Position numbers and translations under genes: made by a program
Part shown: piece by piece, positions 1-11,783 of the stretch
Numbering within the stretch: position 1 is the first letter of the stretch
How the letters are laid out: every line of letters starts with the position of its first letter
Source of the DNA: Lytechinus pictus
Taxonomy: Eukaryota
Assembly (NCBI RefSeq): GCF_037042905.1
Contig: NC_087250.1
Location: forward strand, 22,942,001-23,006,000
DNA length: 64,000 bases
Reading direction: 5' to 3'
Notes under the pieces: model-generated
Seen by the model: the letters and a program-made list of their open reading frames with translations, nothing else
What the model was told of the DNA's origin: nothing
Database searches by the model: none

Positions 1-1
1 C

Positions 2-1552
2 TGTAAGAAACACGGACTACCCGTATGTGATCGTTGCGCTATCAAAGAACATTGCCAAAAACCATGTGAGCTAGATGATATCGAGGATGTCATCTTTGAG
101 AGGAGAAAAAAACTAGATGAGAAACGGCCAAAAATACAGGAACTTCAGAAACAAATGAAAGCCCTAGATTTGAAAATAAAGACAGCTTTAACTTCTGGCG
201 ATACCAATCTACAGACAGTAAACAACAACATTCAAGCATCGTATCACAACAAGATCAAATCTGTTGAGGAAAAGGAGGACAGAATGATCAGAGTGATTAA
301 CGAGGAGGCAGATGAGGAAATAAAGCGAGTAAATGAAAAGAGAGAAAAACGGATCAAGAATTGCACCACCGAGAGAGAAAAGGAGCAAAATATCATTAAA
401 AACAAAGAAGCAAAACTTCTATCAGATGCAAAGAAAATCACCAAAATCATTTCTAAGAAGATCAAAGATCTAACTATTAAGAGTCAGCATGTCATAAACA
501 CTATCAAGAATATTGAATCCAACATCACACGTATAAACCAACATGATGAAACATTGGTGAATGAAGCTTCTCAAGTACTTGCATCTATTAATGAAAATTT
601 AAGTTTGAATGTTCATCAAGATGTTAGTGACTGCCTTGACCTAATAGAGAGTGAAGTTGAGAGAGTGAAGTTTGTAGAGGGGGAAGTATGTGGAGAATAC
701 TATGGTAAAATTGATGGGTATATCGGTAAATGGGAACTTGCAAAGTCAATCCACATTCCATCGGTCGTTGATGAGCCTTGTGTGTTTGGTTTAGTCAGTG
801 AGGATGAGATATGTGTGCAAGACAGAGATAACAATGACATGTATGTTACAAACATCAGCACTCAACACACAGAGAAAGTCATTGATGGAGGTGTGTTGAT
901 TACATCATGTGCGCCCATAGACAGTAACGTAATAGTATGTGGTAAGATGAGAGGTTATTGCACAGGTGACAGGTTGGAAGGACACATTACTCTCTATGAC
1001 AGACAATGGAAGGTGATTAGAGATATCACCATACCAAGGAATGGAATCAGTATGAGTGTGTATGTTGATGTCGACAGGGATGGGATGATCATCGCTGCTC
1101 AGTGGAATCAGTCTAATATCTACATCATCAATCCTGCTGATGATAAGATAGTAAACACTATTACGATGCAGGGTAAGGTGGTGTGGGGTGAGATACATGC
1201 CTTGTCATCAGGTGATATCGTTGTGAAGACAAGCTATCATAATGAATACACTGTCATCTCACGATCAGGAGAAGAGAAGGCTTTCATACACTGTGATGAG
1301 TGGGACTGGTCAGAGTGTCGCGTTGACAAACTGACAGACACACTCTACATCGTGTACTGGGATGAACCGCGTATGACCTACGCAGTTGATCAGGTGTCAC
1401 GTGATGGTATCATCCAGGCAAGGAGGATCGTGGAATATGTGGAATCAGATCGCACTCGCTTCATTAGCCCTTGTCTTGTTACTCCTTCTGGTAACCTTGT
1501 AGTATGTGATGGAGACAAATTTCTTCTTTACAAGAAGACATTCGTCTTGTAA
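2..1552 (+). CDS. TRIM-like B-box/coiled-coil/NHL beta-propeller protein, copy 1 (5' end cut by window)
   Basis: Frame open from base 2 (CKKHGLPVCDRCAIKEHCQKPC = end of B-box2), in frame with ORF 155..1552; K/E-rich coiled coil, then propeller-like repeats (VYVDVDRDGMII, CLVTPSGNLVVCD); N-terminal half nearly identical to copy 3. Confidence 0.88.
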   Translation, partial: CKKHGLPVCDRCAIKEHCQKPCELDDIEDVIFERRKKLDEKRPKIQELQKQMKALDLKIKTALTSGDTNLQTVNNNIQASYHNKIKSVEEKEDRMIRVINEEADEEIKRVNEKREKRIKNCTTEREKEQNIIKNKEAKLLSDAKKITKIISKKIKDLTIKSQHVINTIKNIESNITRINQHDETLVNEASQVLASINENLSLNVHQDVSDCLDLIESEVERVKFVEGEVCGEYYGKIDGYIGKWELAKSIHIPSVVDEPCVFGLVSEDEICVQDRDNNDMYVTNISTQHTEKVIDGGVLITSCAPIDSNVIVCGKMRGYCTGDRLEGHITLYDRQWKVIRDITIPRNGISMSVYVDVDRDGMIIAAQWNQSNIYIINPADDKIVNTITMQGKVVWGEIHALSSGDIVVKTSYHNEYTVISRSGEEKAFIHCDEWDWSECRVDKLTDTLYIVYWDEPRMTYAVDQVSRDGIIQARRIVEYVESDRTRFISPCLVTPSGNLVVCDGDKFLLYKKTFVL

Positions 1553-1819
1553 ATCATCAAGAATCTCACTCAGCATAGTCTCCAGGGGCAGACCCTGATT
1601 GAACTTTGATTAACAAGTGTGTCTCTACACAAAGACTAGCATATACGAAACTTTGATGGCCTTGAGGTGGCTGCACATTCAGACCATAATCTCGAGTGAA
1701 GGGTTTGCACGGCAGACTAATCTAAATGAGTGATAATGTTTTTTTAAGAACATTTCAGAGCAATGTTTTGCTACATTTCCATTTGTGTTTAACTTCAATC
1801 TGCCACCCCTTATACCCAT

Positions 1820-2303
1820 TGGGGCAGTTTCATAATTTGTTATAGTCACAATCCGTAGTTAAAAGCTACTGAAATAATTCAATTTGATTGGATCATAGTA
1901 ACCTTCGAAACAGAAATTTTTATTATAACAAGTCTTTATGAAACATAACTCGTTATACATGTAGTAACAATCAATAGTTAAAAGCTACTGAAATAATTCA
2001 ATTTGATTGGATCATAGTAACCTTCAGATAGAAATTGTTATTATAACAAGTCTTTATGTAACATAACTCGTTATACATGTAGTAACAATCAATAGTTAAA
2101 AGCTACTGAAATAATTCAATTTGATTGGATCATAGTAACCTTCAGATAGAAATTTTTATTATAACAAGTCTTTATGAAACATAACTCGTTATACATGTAG
2201 TAACAATCAATAGTTAAAAGCTACTGAAATAATTCAATTTGATTGGATCATAGTAACGTTCAGATAGAAATTGTTATTATAACAAGTCTTTATGTAACAG
2301 GAC
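1820..2303. repeat. ~120-bp minisatellite (about 4 copies) derived from a small MITE; 2 copies at 9152-9400, 1 at 21110-21240
   Basis: Unit tagttaaaagctactgaaataattcaatttgattggatcatagtaacc...ttatg(a/t)aac repeats; outer ends ggggcagtttcataa / ttatgtaacaggacc are inverted. Confidence 0.85.
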
Positions 2304-3689
2304 CATGGAGACATTCATGTTTGATACAATGGTCATGCCTATGTGTTATTAAATTCAATGTAATGTATTTGAACTACGATTATTTTTAAGTTAACAATTC
2401 AATGCTTGTGTGTTCATACATGTATTATGCTGGTAAAAGTCTAGACATTCTTTATTCAAGAATGATATCATTGAAATTTGAATCTTCTTTCTTTCAAGTC
2501 CCTTCTCTATGTTTTGACAATAAAATCATTCATATTTTGACCAATTAAACTTTGACAGAATATGATTTTAAAAATCATAAAGAGTTCGAATTTTCATTTT
2601 AACCGAATTTAAATGATATTATCATCCCACATTCCTCCGAAAGTTTACAATGCCCTAACCAAACAGATAACTCATTTCAAGAATGAAAAATTCATACTAT
2701 TAAATTGAAATATATTTAGCTTTGTTTTGTATATAAATCTGTCAGTAGGTTCGTCATTGTATATATATATATCACATTTAAATATTTTTTTTGCACGCAT
2801 ACATGCATATCCTCGTCATTGCTTACCTTAAAATAATGTTTCAATAATTTATCCTGTTTATTTTCCCAAGCTTTTTGTTTGATCATATCTTTCACCTCTG
2901 TATTAAAGAAGCTTTCCAATCTTATCTTTATAAAACCAATTCATATATAGTATATCCAATTTTGTAAAAAGTGCAAATTTCTTTTATTATATAAAGTGCA
3001 GTATACATGTATAATGATATGATATTTAAAGATCATCTATTTGGGTTAATACATGTACGATAAAAGTTTAGTAGAAATTAGAATTTGAGTCTTACAAATG
3101 ATGTTATATTCTTTTGTAACATGTTTTCATTAAATTTAGTCTAGGAATTTTAGACCTTGATGTAAGATAATAAAATGATATGGTTGTATTTGATCTTTAC
3201 ACCTTCAGGAGGATTGACAGAATTGTAACATATGAATCAGAGCAAACATTGTTTAGTGTAAATCAAGAGGAAAGAAATAGATATCTTTATACTGGAATAA
3301 AATGGTGATAGCCAAGAAAGACAAGAAAGATTCAATCATGTATATAAAATATGCGAAAGATTGGTCAATCAACTACCAGTTGTAAACACATTACTGATCT
3401 AAATCTATCAATCATTTTGAATAAATGTTGTAAATGATCAAAATCGTTCATTATGGTTGCATGTGAAATTTGTAGGAATTTCAATCAAAAGATCATTATG
3501 GTGATAGGGAGAGACAGTTTTTAAATTCTCTACAAGGAATATTAATCTGATCTATAATCAAGTAATTTTGTCAGCCTAAGTGCTATTCAAATGAGAAACC
3601 TAAACATATAAAATATATAATTGTTTCATCTGCAGTTCTTTTGTTGACTCTACAATCTATGAAGGGCTGGTTAAAAATGACAGAATGAT

Positions 3690-4260
3690 GCTGAGAGATA
3701 GAAGAGAAGATGAAGAGAGAGGGAGAGAGAAAGAAAGAGGGGAAAAGAGAGAGAAAGAGTTAGTGATAAATGGATAGAGAAAGACAGAAGGAAATAGAGT
3801 GAGAGAATAAGGATGATGAGTGTCTCCGCACAAAGACAAGCACACTTACAAAACTTGCTGTTTCAATTCCTGAGCGAGAGGGCCTTCAGTACACAAGGTA
3901 TGAGAAGGCTGCACACACAAAGAGAGAGAGAGAGAGAGTTTGTGATAAATGGATAGAGAAAGACGGGAGGAAGAAAGAGAGTGGGAGAATAAGGATAATG
4001 TTGAGACAAAAAAAGACAGGATGAAGAGAAAAAGAAAGACAGAGAAAGAGATAGAGAAAGGTAGTGATAAAATGGATGGAGAAAGACAGGAGGAAGAAAG
4101 AGTGGGAGAATAAGGATGATGTTGAGAGAAAAAAAAAATAAGATGAAGAGAGATGGAGAGGGAAAGAGAAAGAGTAAAACTCAAGAAGGGGAATTAAGAC
4201 ATAGAAAAAACATAAAGATAAGGGGATAAAGAAGTTAGAGAAAAAGAAGAGAAGAAATTG
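3690..4260. repeat. GA-rich compound low-complexity tract (paralogs 10790-11370 and 22625-22720)
   Basis: Purine-rich repeats with recurring gtgataaatggatagagaaagacaggaggaag motif and (GA)n. Confidence 0.9.
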
Positions 4261-4861
4261 AACTGATTGTACACTAAAAATTACTATCAACGCCTTATTC
4301 ACTTGACTGAATGTTTGTTTACTTTCAAGCATCACTAAGCCAACATTGATTTTATATGTAGACAAGACATGCCAGTGGACGTTCCTCTTTATTAATATAA
4401 CATAATAATTATTTTTCAAGGCTGTTCATTTTTTTCATATCGGATCATATCAGTTCATGCCATGGTAATTTCATTTACCTGTGACTATTACAACTTTTGA
4501 TCTTTGCTATCTAATATCATAGATAATACAAACATTGTAAAACAGAGATAAGTAATTCAAGAGGGGACCATATATATACATAAGGGTTGGTCATACATTA
4601 TGAAATAGCTATCTTGTTGATTTATTACTATCATATAGTGAATCTAGACCAGGGGCCCAACTAAGACACCTTGATGTGGGGGGGGGGGGGTCAGATCAAT
4701 GACTTAAATCTCACATCACTCTCTACTGAGTGACATAATTAATCTAAGCAAAACATTACTCTTTCTTTACTTAATCTTTATTTCATCATCATAATTCCTC
4801 TTCCTCTTTTCTTTTCCTGAATTTTTCCCTACCTAAAATCACAAGAATATACAGATAGAAG

Positions 4862-5095
4862 TTGGATGAAATTTGCAAAACAAGTCTTAAGAATTCCATC
4901 AGTATATGCTCAATTGAAACAGCAATGACTTGGCAACCAAATGGAAGAAGGAACATTGGCTGTCCCAAGCACACCTGGCGGACTTTCCTGAAAGACTTAG
5001 AGTTGGCCTATAACCTTGATAACAATCTACTTAAATTTAGTGGTTGCAAAACTCAAAAGTGACGACAGCTTCCTGCCTAATGCACTACACAGGAA
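4862..5095 (+). mobile_element. 3' fragment of RTE-type LINE (paralog 12828-13665, split by a MITE)
   Basis: Translation AMTWQPNGRRNIGCPKHTWR matches the W.P.G.R..GRPK.TWR C-terminal motif of RTE ORF2. Confidence 0.6.
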
Positions 5096-6038
5096 GAAGC
5101 CTACCCCGGTCTAAAGTATCACTATTCATAACTGTGGTATAACTCATGTCCTGATATGAATGATATTTCCTCATCAATATTACATCACATATTAATATTG
5201 CTCTGATCAGATAACGACTGCTGTAGATGCTGTTAAAATCTTCAGATACAGCCATATTCTGGTACTGACAAATTGTGCTCTAACTCTGCAGTTTTTCATT
5301 TGAATTCTAGATTGCTTTACAACTCAGATTTCAAATGATTGTGAACAGGTAAATTTAACTTCTATAACTTTAAATAATCGATCTTAAAGAAATAATCTGT
5401 AATTATAAGGGGATGGGGGAAATGATTACGATATGCTGAAACTATGGACCTATGAAGAGATGGACATTCATCGATTATATTATGAATTCACCATTAGGTG
5501 ACTGTTATTATCATCGGAATAACATTCTCTTCATATTAATGTCCTTTGGTTCTATGATCGTCACTATGAGAAGGGCCGGAAGCAATTCGTGATTGGACAT
5601 TTATAGTCAACAGATTGTATGCGCAGTAGATAACAAATCCCTGAAATCATGGAAAATTGATGTGCAGTTCTTGTTTACCTTAATTTGGCAATCTTAGTTC
5701 CATGTGTTTTATGTGGGGAATTGTCTGCATATTTTGATATATTGGCAATTTTGTGATTGTTTAAGACTTTTCCCAAGTTTCTCCACTATAATATTCCAGA
5801 TATACATGTACATGTACGTGGCACATAACTTGTATAGATCTTATATCTCTCAATGTCATTGAGGTCCTTATGTGTATGCGGAAGTGAGCGGATTAAATGA
5901 TATCATATTCTATATCACAGAAATCATCTGCTTCCCAAGTTTGCTGCTCCAAATATGAAGCATGTTGATTAAAAGGCATATGGCGTAACTGGGAATCACC
6001 CAACAAAAATCAAGACCAGGGAAACCGTTCCTTCCTAA

Positions 6039-6433
6039 AGCTAAATGACAATAGTTGCAGTAAAATACTGATTTCGTGAGAAAGTCTGTAAAACCAAGGT
6101 TAAGTATTACTATATCATCGTGGATCTAGATCTGGTATAGTTACACAAACTGAACTTTGTGAAATCATAATATCTAAGCTAAAAAACGATCACACTGAAG
6201 ATCGCCAACACAGATAGGCACACGTGGGACAGTGTATTATTATTGCTGGAATAAAGACCCGACGGAAGTGACAGAATCCGCGCTTATTTTGCTTATTTCT
6301 CAGCAATTACACAATTTCTTCCAGAATCCTTTGGCACATATTTTTTATTCATACAAACATACACTTTAGTGATCATTATATTAAATTCTGTAAAAAGTCA
6401 TTTTGAGATCGTCCCCACAACTGGAATTTACCT
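6039..6433. mobile_element. Kolobok-like MITE (TTAA site), unit-1 specific
   Basis: ctaa|agctaaatgac ... ggaatttacct|ttaa; absent at the homologous site of unit 2. Confidence 0.6.
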
Positions 6434-6437
6434 TTAA

Positions 6438-6842
6438 AGGCGACCGCACACCTTACGATTGGTCTGCGACCCGATTTCAGAATAAATTGTAGTAGAATTT
6501 GATGCTAACATTGAGACTTGGAATATCCTACTGTGTAATGTTCTAAATCATCGTAAGAATACCTATATTACTATACTATCATCCTTCTTAGAATAAAAGC
6601 GAATTTAGTATCTAGTCGTAATGACGTCATAGCAGTCGTACGATTGGCTACGATTTGAAACAAATTTGGCCTTTACTCCGAAATAAAGGCTTACAATATA
6701 TCAAAATGGTTATATTAGCATTCTTTTAATTAACTTAAACATCAAATAAAATGATATGTTCCATTCACATTTTCAGAAAATGAGCAAAATGCGATTTGTT
6801 CCAAAATCGGATCGCGAACAGTCGTAAGGTGTGCGGTAGCCT
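6438..6842. mobile_element. PIF/Harbinger-like MITE, unit-1 specific
   Basis: TIR aggc(g/t)accgcacaccttacga, TAA duplication. Confidence 0.8.
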
Positions 6843-7232
6843 TAAAGTGATCAGAAACGCCTTGATGATTATGTTATTGCTATTGCTACAACACCTGTAT
6901 GTTCTCATTAAGATGCACAAATCCAGGTGACGGTTACTGTCATTGGATCAAAGAAATGCTCGCGTTAATCGTCCATCTCTTAGGTCCATGCATGATGAAA
7001 CCCAATGTACATTTGCTGAAGAAGATTTTTTTTTATTATTGAGTTTAGCTTTTGCATTAATGTTGACGTATATGAGAAGGTCCATGGGTAAGGTCTACAT
7101 AACTTTTTTTCCACCATATAGCTGATTTTAATCCCATTTATTTTTCAAGCTTCTTCCTGCTTCTTATCCATCTCACATTCCTTACAGGTTTCCTCTATCA
7201 TCCAGAGCTTAACAATCTTCAGACATTACATC

Positions 7233-8882
7233 ATGGCGGCAAGATTTCCTAAAGGAAACAAAGTTCAGCTCCGACCTCGAAAAGGTCATGACATGACATG
7301 GTCATGTGATGAGCATGGTGAACCAATCAAATTTTACTGCTTAGAACACGAATTGCCAGTTTGTCATCCATGCGCGACCAAAGATCACCAGAAACCATGC
7401 AAGCTGGAAAACATCCAGGATATCATCTTTCAGAGGAGGGAGAATTTGTACGACAAAAAACCAAAGATAGAAGAAACGAAGAAACAACTGAAAACTCTGG
7501 TCTCTAAAATAGAAACTGTTGCAACGTCTGCAAGTAGGAGCATCGATGCAGTCAAGGACCAAGTGAAGATGACATTCGAAGACAAGTTAAAGAGTGTTAG
7601 GGATAAGAAAGTGAGAAAGCATCGGGTGATTCATGAGTGGGCAGATGAGAGAATTAGAAAGATTTCTGAGGAAATGGACAAAAAGATCAAGGATTGCAAC
7701 ACTGAGATAGAAAAGGAAGAACAAAACATCAAAGACAAAGAAGCTAAATTGTTAAAAGATACAACGACAATCAGTGAGGTAGTTACTAAGAAGACAAACA
7801 ATCTCTCTTGTAAAAATCAGCATGCAATAAATACTTTGATGAACATTGAATCAACCATCAAACGTATAAACCAACATGATGAAACATTGGTGAATGAAGC
7901 TCCTCAAATACTTGCATCTATTGATGAAAATCTAAGTTTGAATGTTCATCAAAATGTGAGCGACTGTCTTGACCGAATAGAGAATGAAGTTGAGAGAGTG
8001 AAGTTTGTAGAGGGGGAAGTAGGTGAAAAATGCTATGGTAGAATTGATGGGTGTTTAGGTAAATGGGAACTTGTCAAGTCAATCCACATTACATCGGTTG
8101 TTCATAAACCGTTGGTGCGTGGTTTGATCAGTGAGGATGAGATCTGTGTGCAAGATGTACCTAACTATAACATGTACCTTACAAACATCAACACTCAACA
8201 CACAGAGAAAGTCATTGATGGAGGTGAGCTGATTACATTATGTGCGCTCATAGACAGTAACGTAATAGTATGTGGTAAGGTGAGACGTGGTTGCACGGGT
8301 TACAGGTTGAATGGATGCATCACTCTCTATGATAGACAATGGAAGGTGATTAGAGACATCAGCATACCAAGGAATGGATACGATAGTCATGTGTATGTTG
8401 ATGTTGACAGGGATGGGATGATCATTGCTGGTCAGTACTATCAGTCTAATATCTACATCATCAATCCTGCTGATGATAAGATAGTAAACACTATTAAGAT
8501 GCAGGTTAAGAAGGTGATGGGTGGGATACAAGCCTTGTCATCGGGTGATATCGTTGTGAGGACAGGTTATCATGAATACACTGTCATCTCACGATCAGGA
8601 GAAGAGAAGGCTGTCATACACTGTGATGAGTGGTGCGAATCACAGTGTCGCGTTGACAAACTGACAGACACACTCTACATCATGTACTGGGATAGAGCGC
8701 GTAATACCTACGCAGTTGATCAGGTGTCACGTGATGGTATCATCCAGGCAAGGAGGATTGTGGAATATGTGGAATCAGATCGCACTCACTTCATCAGCCC
8801 TTGTCTTGTTACTCCTTCTGGCAACCTCGTAGGATGTGATGGAGAGAAACTTCATCTTTACAAGAAGACATTCGTCTTGTAA
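7233..8882 (+). CDS. TRIM-like B-box/coiled-coil/NHL beta-propeller protein, copy 2 (549 aa, single coding exon, no RING)
   Basis: Intact ORF; B-box2 CDEH-x7-CLEH-x4-CHPC-x4-H; coiled coil; propeller; ATG in acatcATGGCG context, 45 nt after acceptor cttacag (7187). Confidence 0.9.
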   Translation: MAARFPKGNKVQLRPRKGHDMTWSCDEHGEPIKFYCLEHELPVCHPCATKDHQKPCKLENIQDIIFQRRENLYDKKPKIEETKKQLKTLVSKIETVATSASRSIDAVKDQVKMTFEDKLKSVRDKKVRKHRVIHEWADERIRKISEEMDKKIKDCNTEIEKEEQNIKDKEAKLLKDTTTISEVVTKKTNNLSCKNQHAINTLMNIESTIKRINQHDETLVNEAPQILASIDENLSLNVHQNVSDCLDRIENEVERVKFVEGEVGEKCYGRIDGCLGKWELVKSIHITSVVHKPLVRGLISEDEICVQDVPNYNMYLTNINTQHTEKVIDGGELITLCALIDSNVIVCGKVRRGCTGYRLNGCITLYDRQWKVIRDISIPRNGYDSHVYVDVDRDGMIIAGQYYQSNIYIINPADDKIVNTIKMQVKKVMGGIQALSSGDIVVRTGYHEYTVISRSGEEKAVIHCDEWCESQCRVDKLTDTLYIMYWDRARNTYAVDQVSRDGIIQARRIVEYVESDRTHFISPCLVTPSGNLVGCDGEKLHLYKKTFVL

Positions 8883-11783
8883 ATCATCAAGAATCTCACT
8901 CAGCATAGTCTCCAGGGGCAGACCCTGATTGAAACTTTGATTAACAAGTGTGTCTCCACACAAAGACTAGCATATACAAAACTTTGATGGCCTTGAGGTG
9001 GCTGCACATTCAGACCATAATCTCGAGTGAAGGGTTTGCACGGCAGACTAATCTAAATGAGTGATAATGTGTTTTTAAAGAGCATTTCAGAGCAATCTTT
9101 AGCTACATTTCCATTTGTATTCAACTTCAATCTGCCACCCCTTATACCCATTGGGGCAGTTTCATAACTTGTTATAGTCACAATCCGTAGTTAAAAGCTA
9201 CTGATATAATTCAATTTGAATGGATCATAGTAACCTTCGGAACAGAAATTTTTTTTATAACAAGTCTTTATGAAACATAACTCGTTATACATGTAGTAAC
9301 AATCAATAGCTACAAAATACTGAAATAATTCAATTTGATTGGATCATAGTAACCTTCAGATAGAAATTGTTATTATAACAAGTCTTTATGTAACAGGACC
9401 ATGGAGACATTCATGTTTGATACAATGGTCATGCCTATGTGTTATTAAATTCAATGTAATGTATTTGAACGACGATTATTTTTAAGTTAACAATTCAATG
9501 CTTGTGTGTTCATACATGTATTATGCTGGTAAAAGTCTAGACATTCTTTATTCAAGAATGATATCATTGAAATTTGAATCTTCTTTCTTTCAAGTCCCTT
9601 CTCTATGTTTTTACAATAAAATCATTCATATTTTGACCAATTAAACTTTGACAGAATATGATTTTAAAAATCATAAAGAGTTCGAATTTTCATTTTAACC
9701 GAATTTAAATGATATTATCATCCCACATTCCTCCGAAAGTTTACAATGCCCTAACCAAACAGATTACTAATTTCAAGAATTAAAAATTCATACTATTAAA
9801 TTGAAATATATTTAGCTTTGTTTTGTATATAAATCTGTCAGTAGGTTTGTCATTGTATATATATATATCACATTTAAATATTTTTTTTGCACGCATACAT
9901 GCATATCCTCGTCATTGCTTACCTTAAAATAATGTTTCAATAATTTATCCTGTTTATTTTCCCAAGCTTTTTGTTTGATCATATCTTTCACCTCTGTATT
10001 AAAGAAGCTTTCCAATCTTATCTTTATTAAACCAATTCATATATAGTATATCCAATTTTTGTAAAAAGTGCAAATTTCTTTTATAATATAAAGTGCAGTA
10101 TACATGTATAATGATATGATATTTAAAGATCATCTATTTGGGTTAATACATGTACGATAAAAGTTTATACTTAGAAAGTAGAATTTGAGTCTTACAAATG
10201 ATGTTATATTCTTTTGTAACATGTTTTCATTAAATTTAGTATGGGAATTGTAGTCCTTGATGTAAGATAGTAAAATGATATGGTTGTATTTGATCTTTAC
10301 ACCTTCAGGAGGATTGACAGAATTATAACATATGAATCAGAGCAAACATTGTTTGGTGTAAATCAAGAGGAAAGAAATAGATATCTTTATGCTGGAATAA
10401 AATGGTGATAGCCAAGAAAGACAAGAAAGATTCAATCATGAATATAAAATATGCGAAAGATTGGTCAATCAACTACCAGTTGTAAACACATTACTGATCT
10501 AAATCTATCAATCATTTTGAATAAATGTTGTAAATGATCAAAATCATTCATTATGGTTGCATGTGAAATTTGTAGGAATTTCAATCAAAAGATCATTATG
10601 GTGATAGGGAGAGACAGTTTTTAAATTCTCTACAAGGAATATTAATCTGATGTATAATCAAGTAATTTTGTCAGCCTAAATGCTATTCAAATGAGAAACC
10701 TAAACATATAAATTATATAATTGTTTCATCTGCAGTTCTTTTGTTGACTCTACAATCTATGAAGGGCTGGTTAAAAATGACAGAATGATGCTGAGAGATA
10801 GAAGAGAAGATGAAGAGAGAGGGAGAGAGAAAAAAAAAGAGGGGAAAAGAGAGAGAAAGAGTTAGTGATAAATGGATAGAGAAAGACAGGAGGAAGAAAG
10901 AGAGCACTTGGGAGAATAAGGATGATGAGTGTCTCCACACAAAGACTAGCACATACAAAACTTGCTGTTTCAATTCCTGAGCGAGAGGGCCTTCAGTACA
11001 CAAGGTATGAGAAGGCTGCATACACAAAGAGAGAGAGAGAGAGAGAGAGAGTTTGTGATAAATGGATAGAGAAAGACAGGAGGAAGAAAGAGAGTGGGAG
11101 AATAAGGATAATGTTGAGACGAAAAAAGACAAGATGAAGAGAAAAAGAAAGACAGAGAAAGAGATAGAGAAAGGTAGTGATAAATGGATAGAGAAAGACA
11201 GGAGGAAGAAAGAGTGGGAGAATAAGGATGATGTTGAGAGACAAAAAAAAATAAGATGAAGAGAGATGGAGAGGGAAAGAGAAAGAGTAAAACACGAGAA
11301 GGGGAATTAAGACATAGAAAAAACACAAAGATAAGGGGATAAAGAAGTTAGAGAAAAAGAAGAGAAGAAATTGAACTGATTGTACACTAAAAATTACTAT
11401 CAACGCCTTATTCACTTGACTGAATGTTTGTTTACTTTCAAGCATCACTAAGCCAACATTGATTCTATATGTAGACAAGACATGCCAGTGGGCGTTCCTC
11501 TTTATTAATATAACATAATAATTATTTTTCAAGGCTGTTCATTTTTTTTCATATCGGATCATATCAGTTCATGCCATGGTAATTTCATTTACCTGTGACT
11601 ATTACAACTTTTGATCTTTCATATCTAATATCATAGATAATACAAACATTGTAAAACAAAGATAAGTAATTCAAGAGGGGACCATATATATATACATAAG
11701 GGTTAGTCATACATTATGAAATAGCTATAATCTTGTTGATTTATTACTATCATATAGTGAATCTAGACCAGGGGCCCAACTAA

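Noticed and set aside
2716..2919. 67-aa ORF present in all three units
   Set aside because: Conserved only through recent duplication, non-ATG start, frameshifted in unit 3 by (TA)n length; possibly old LINE debris
3657..4419. Minus-strand hydrophobic ORFs (also 10713-11532)
   Set aside because: Reverse complement of the GA-rich repeat
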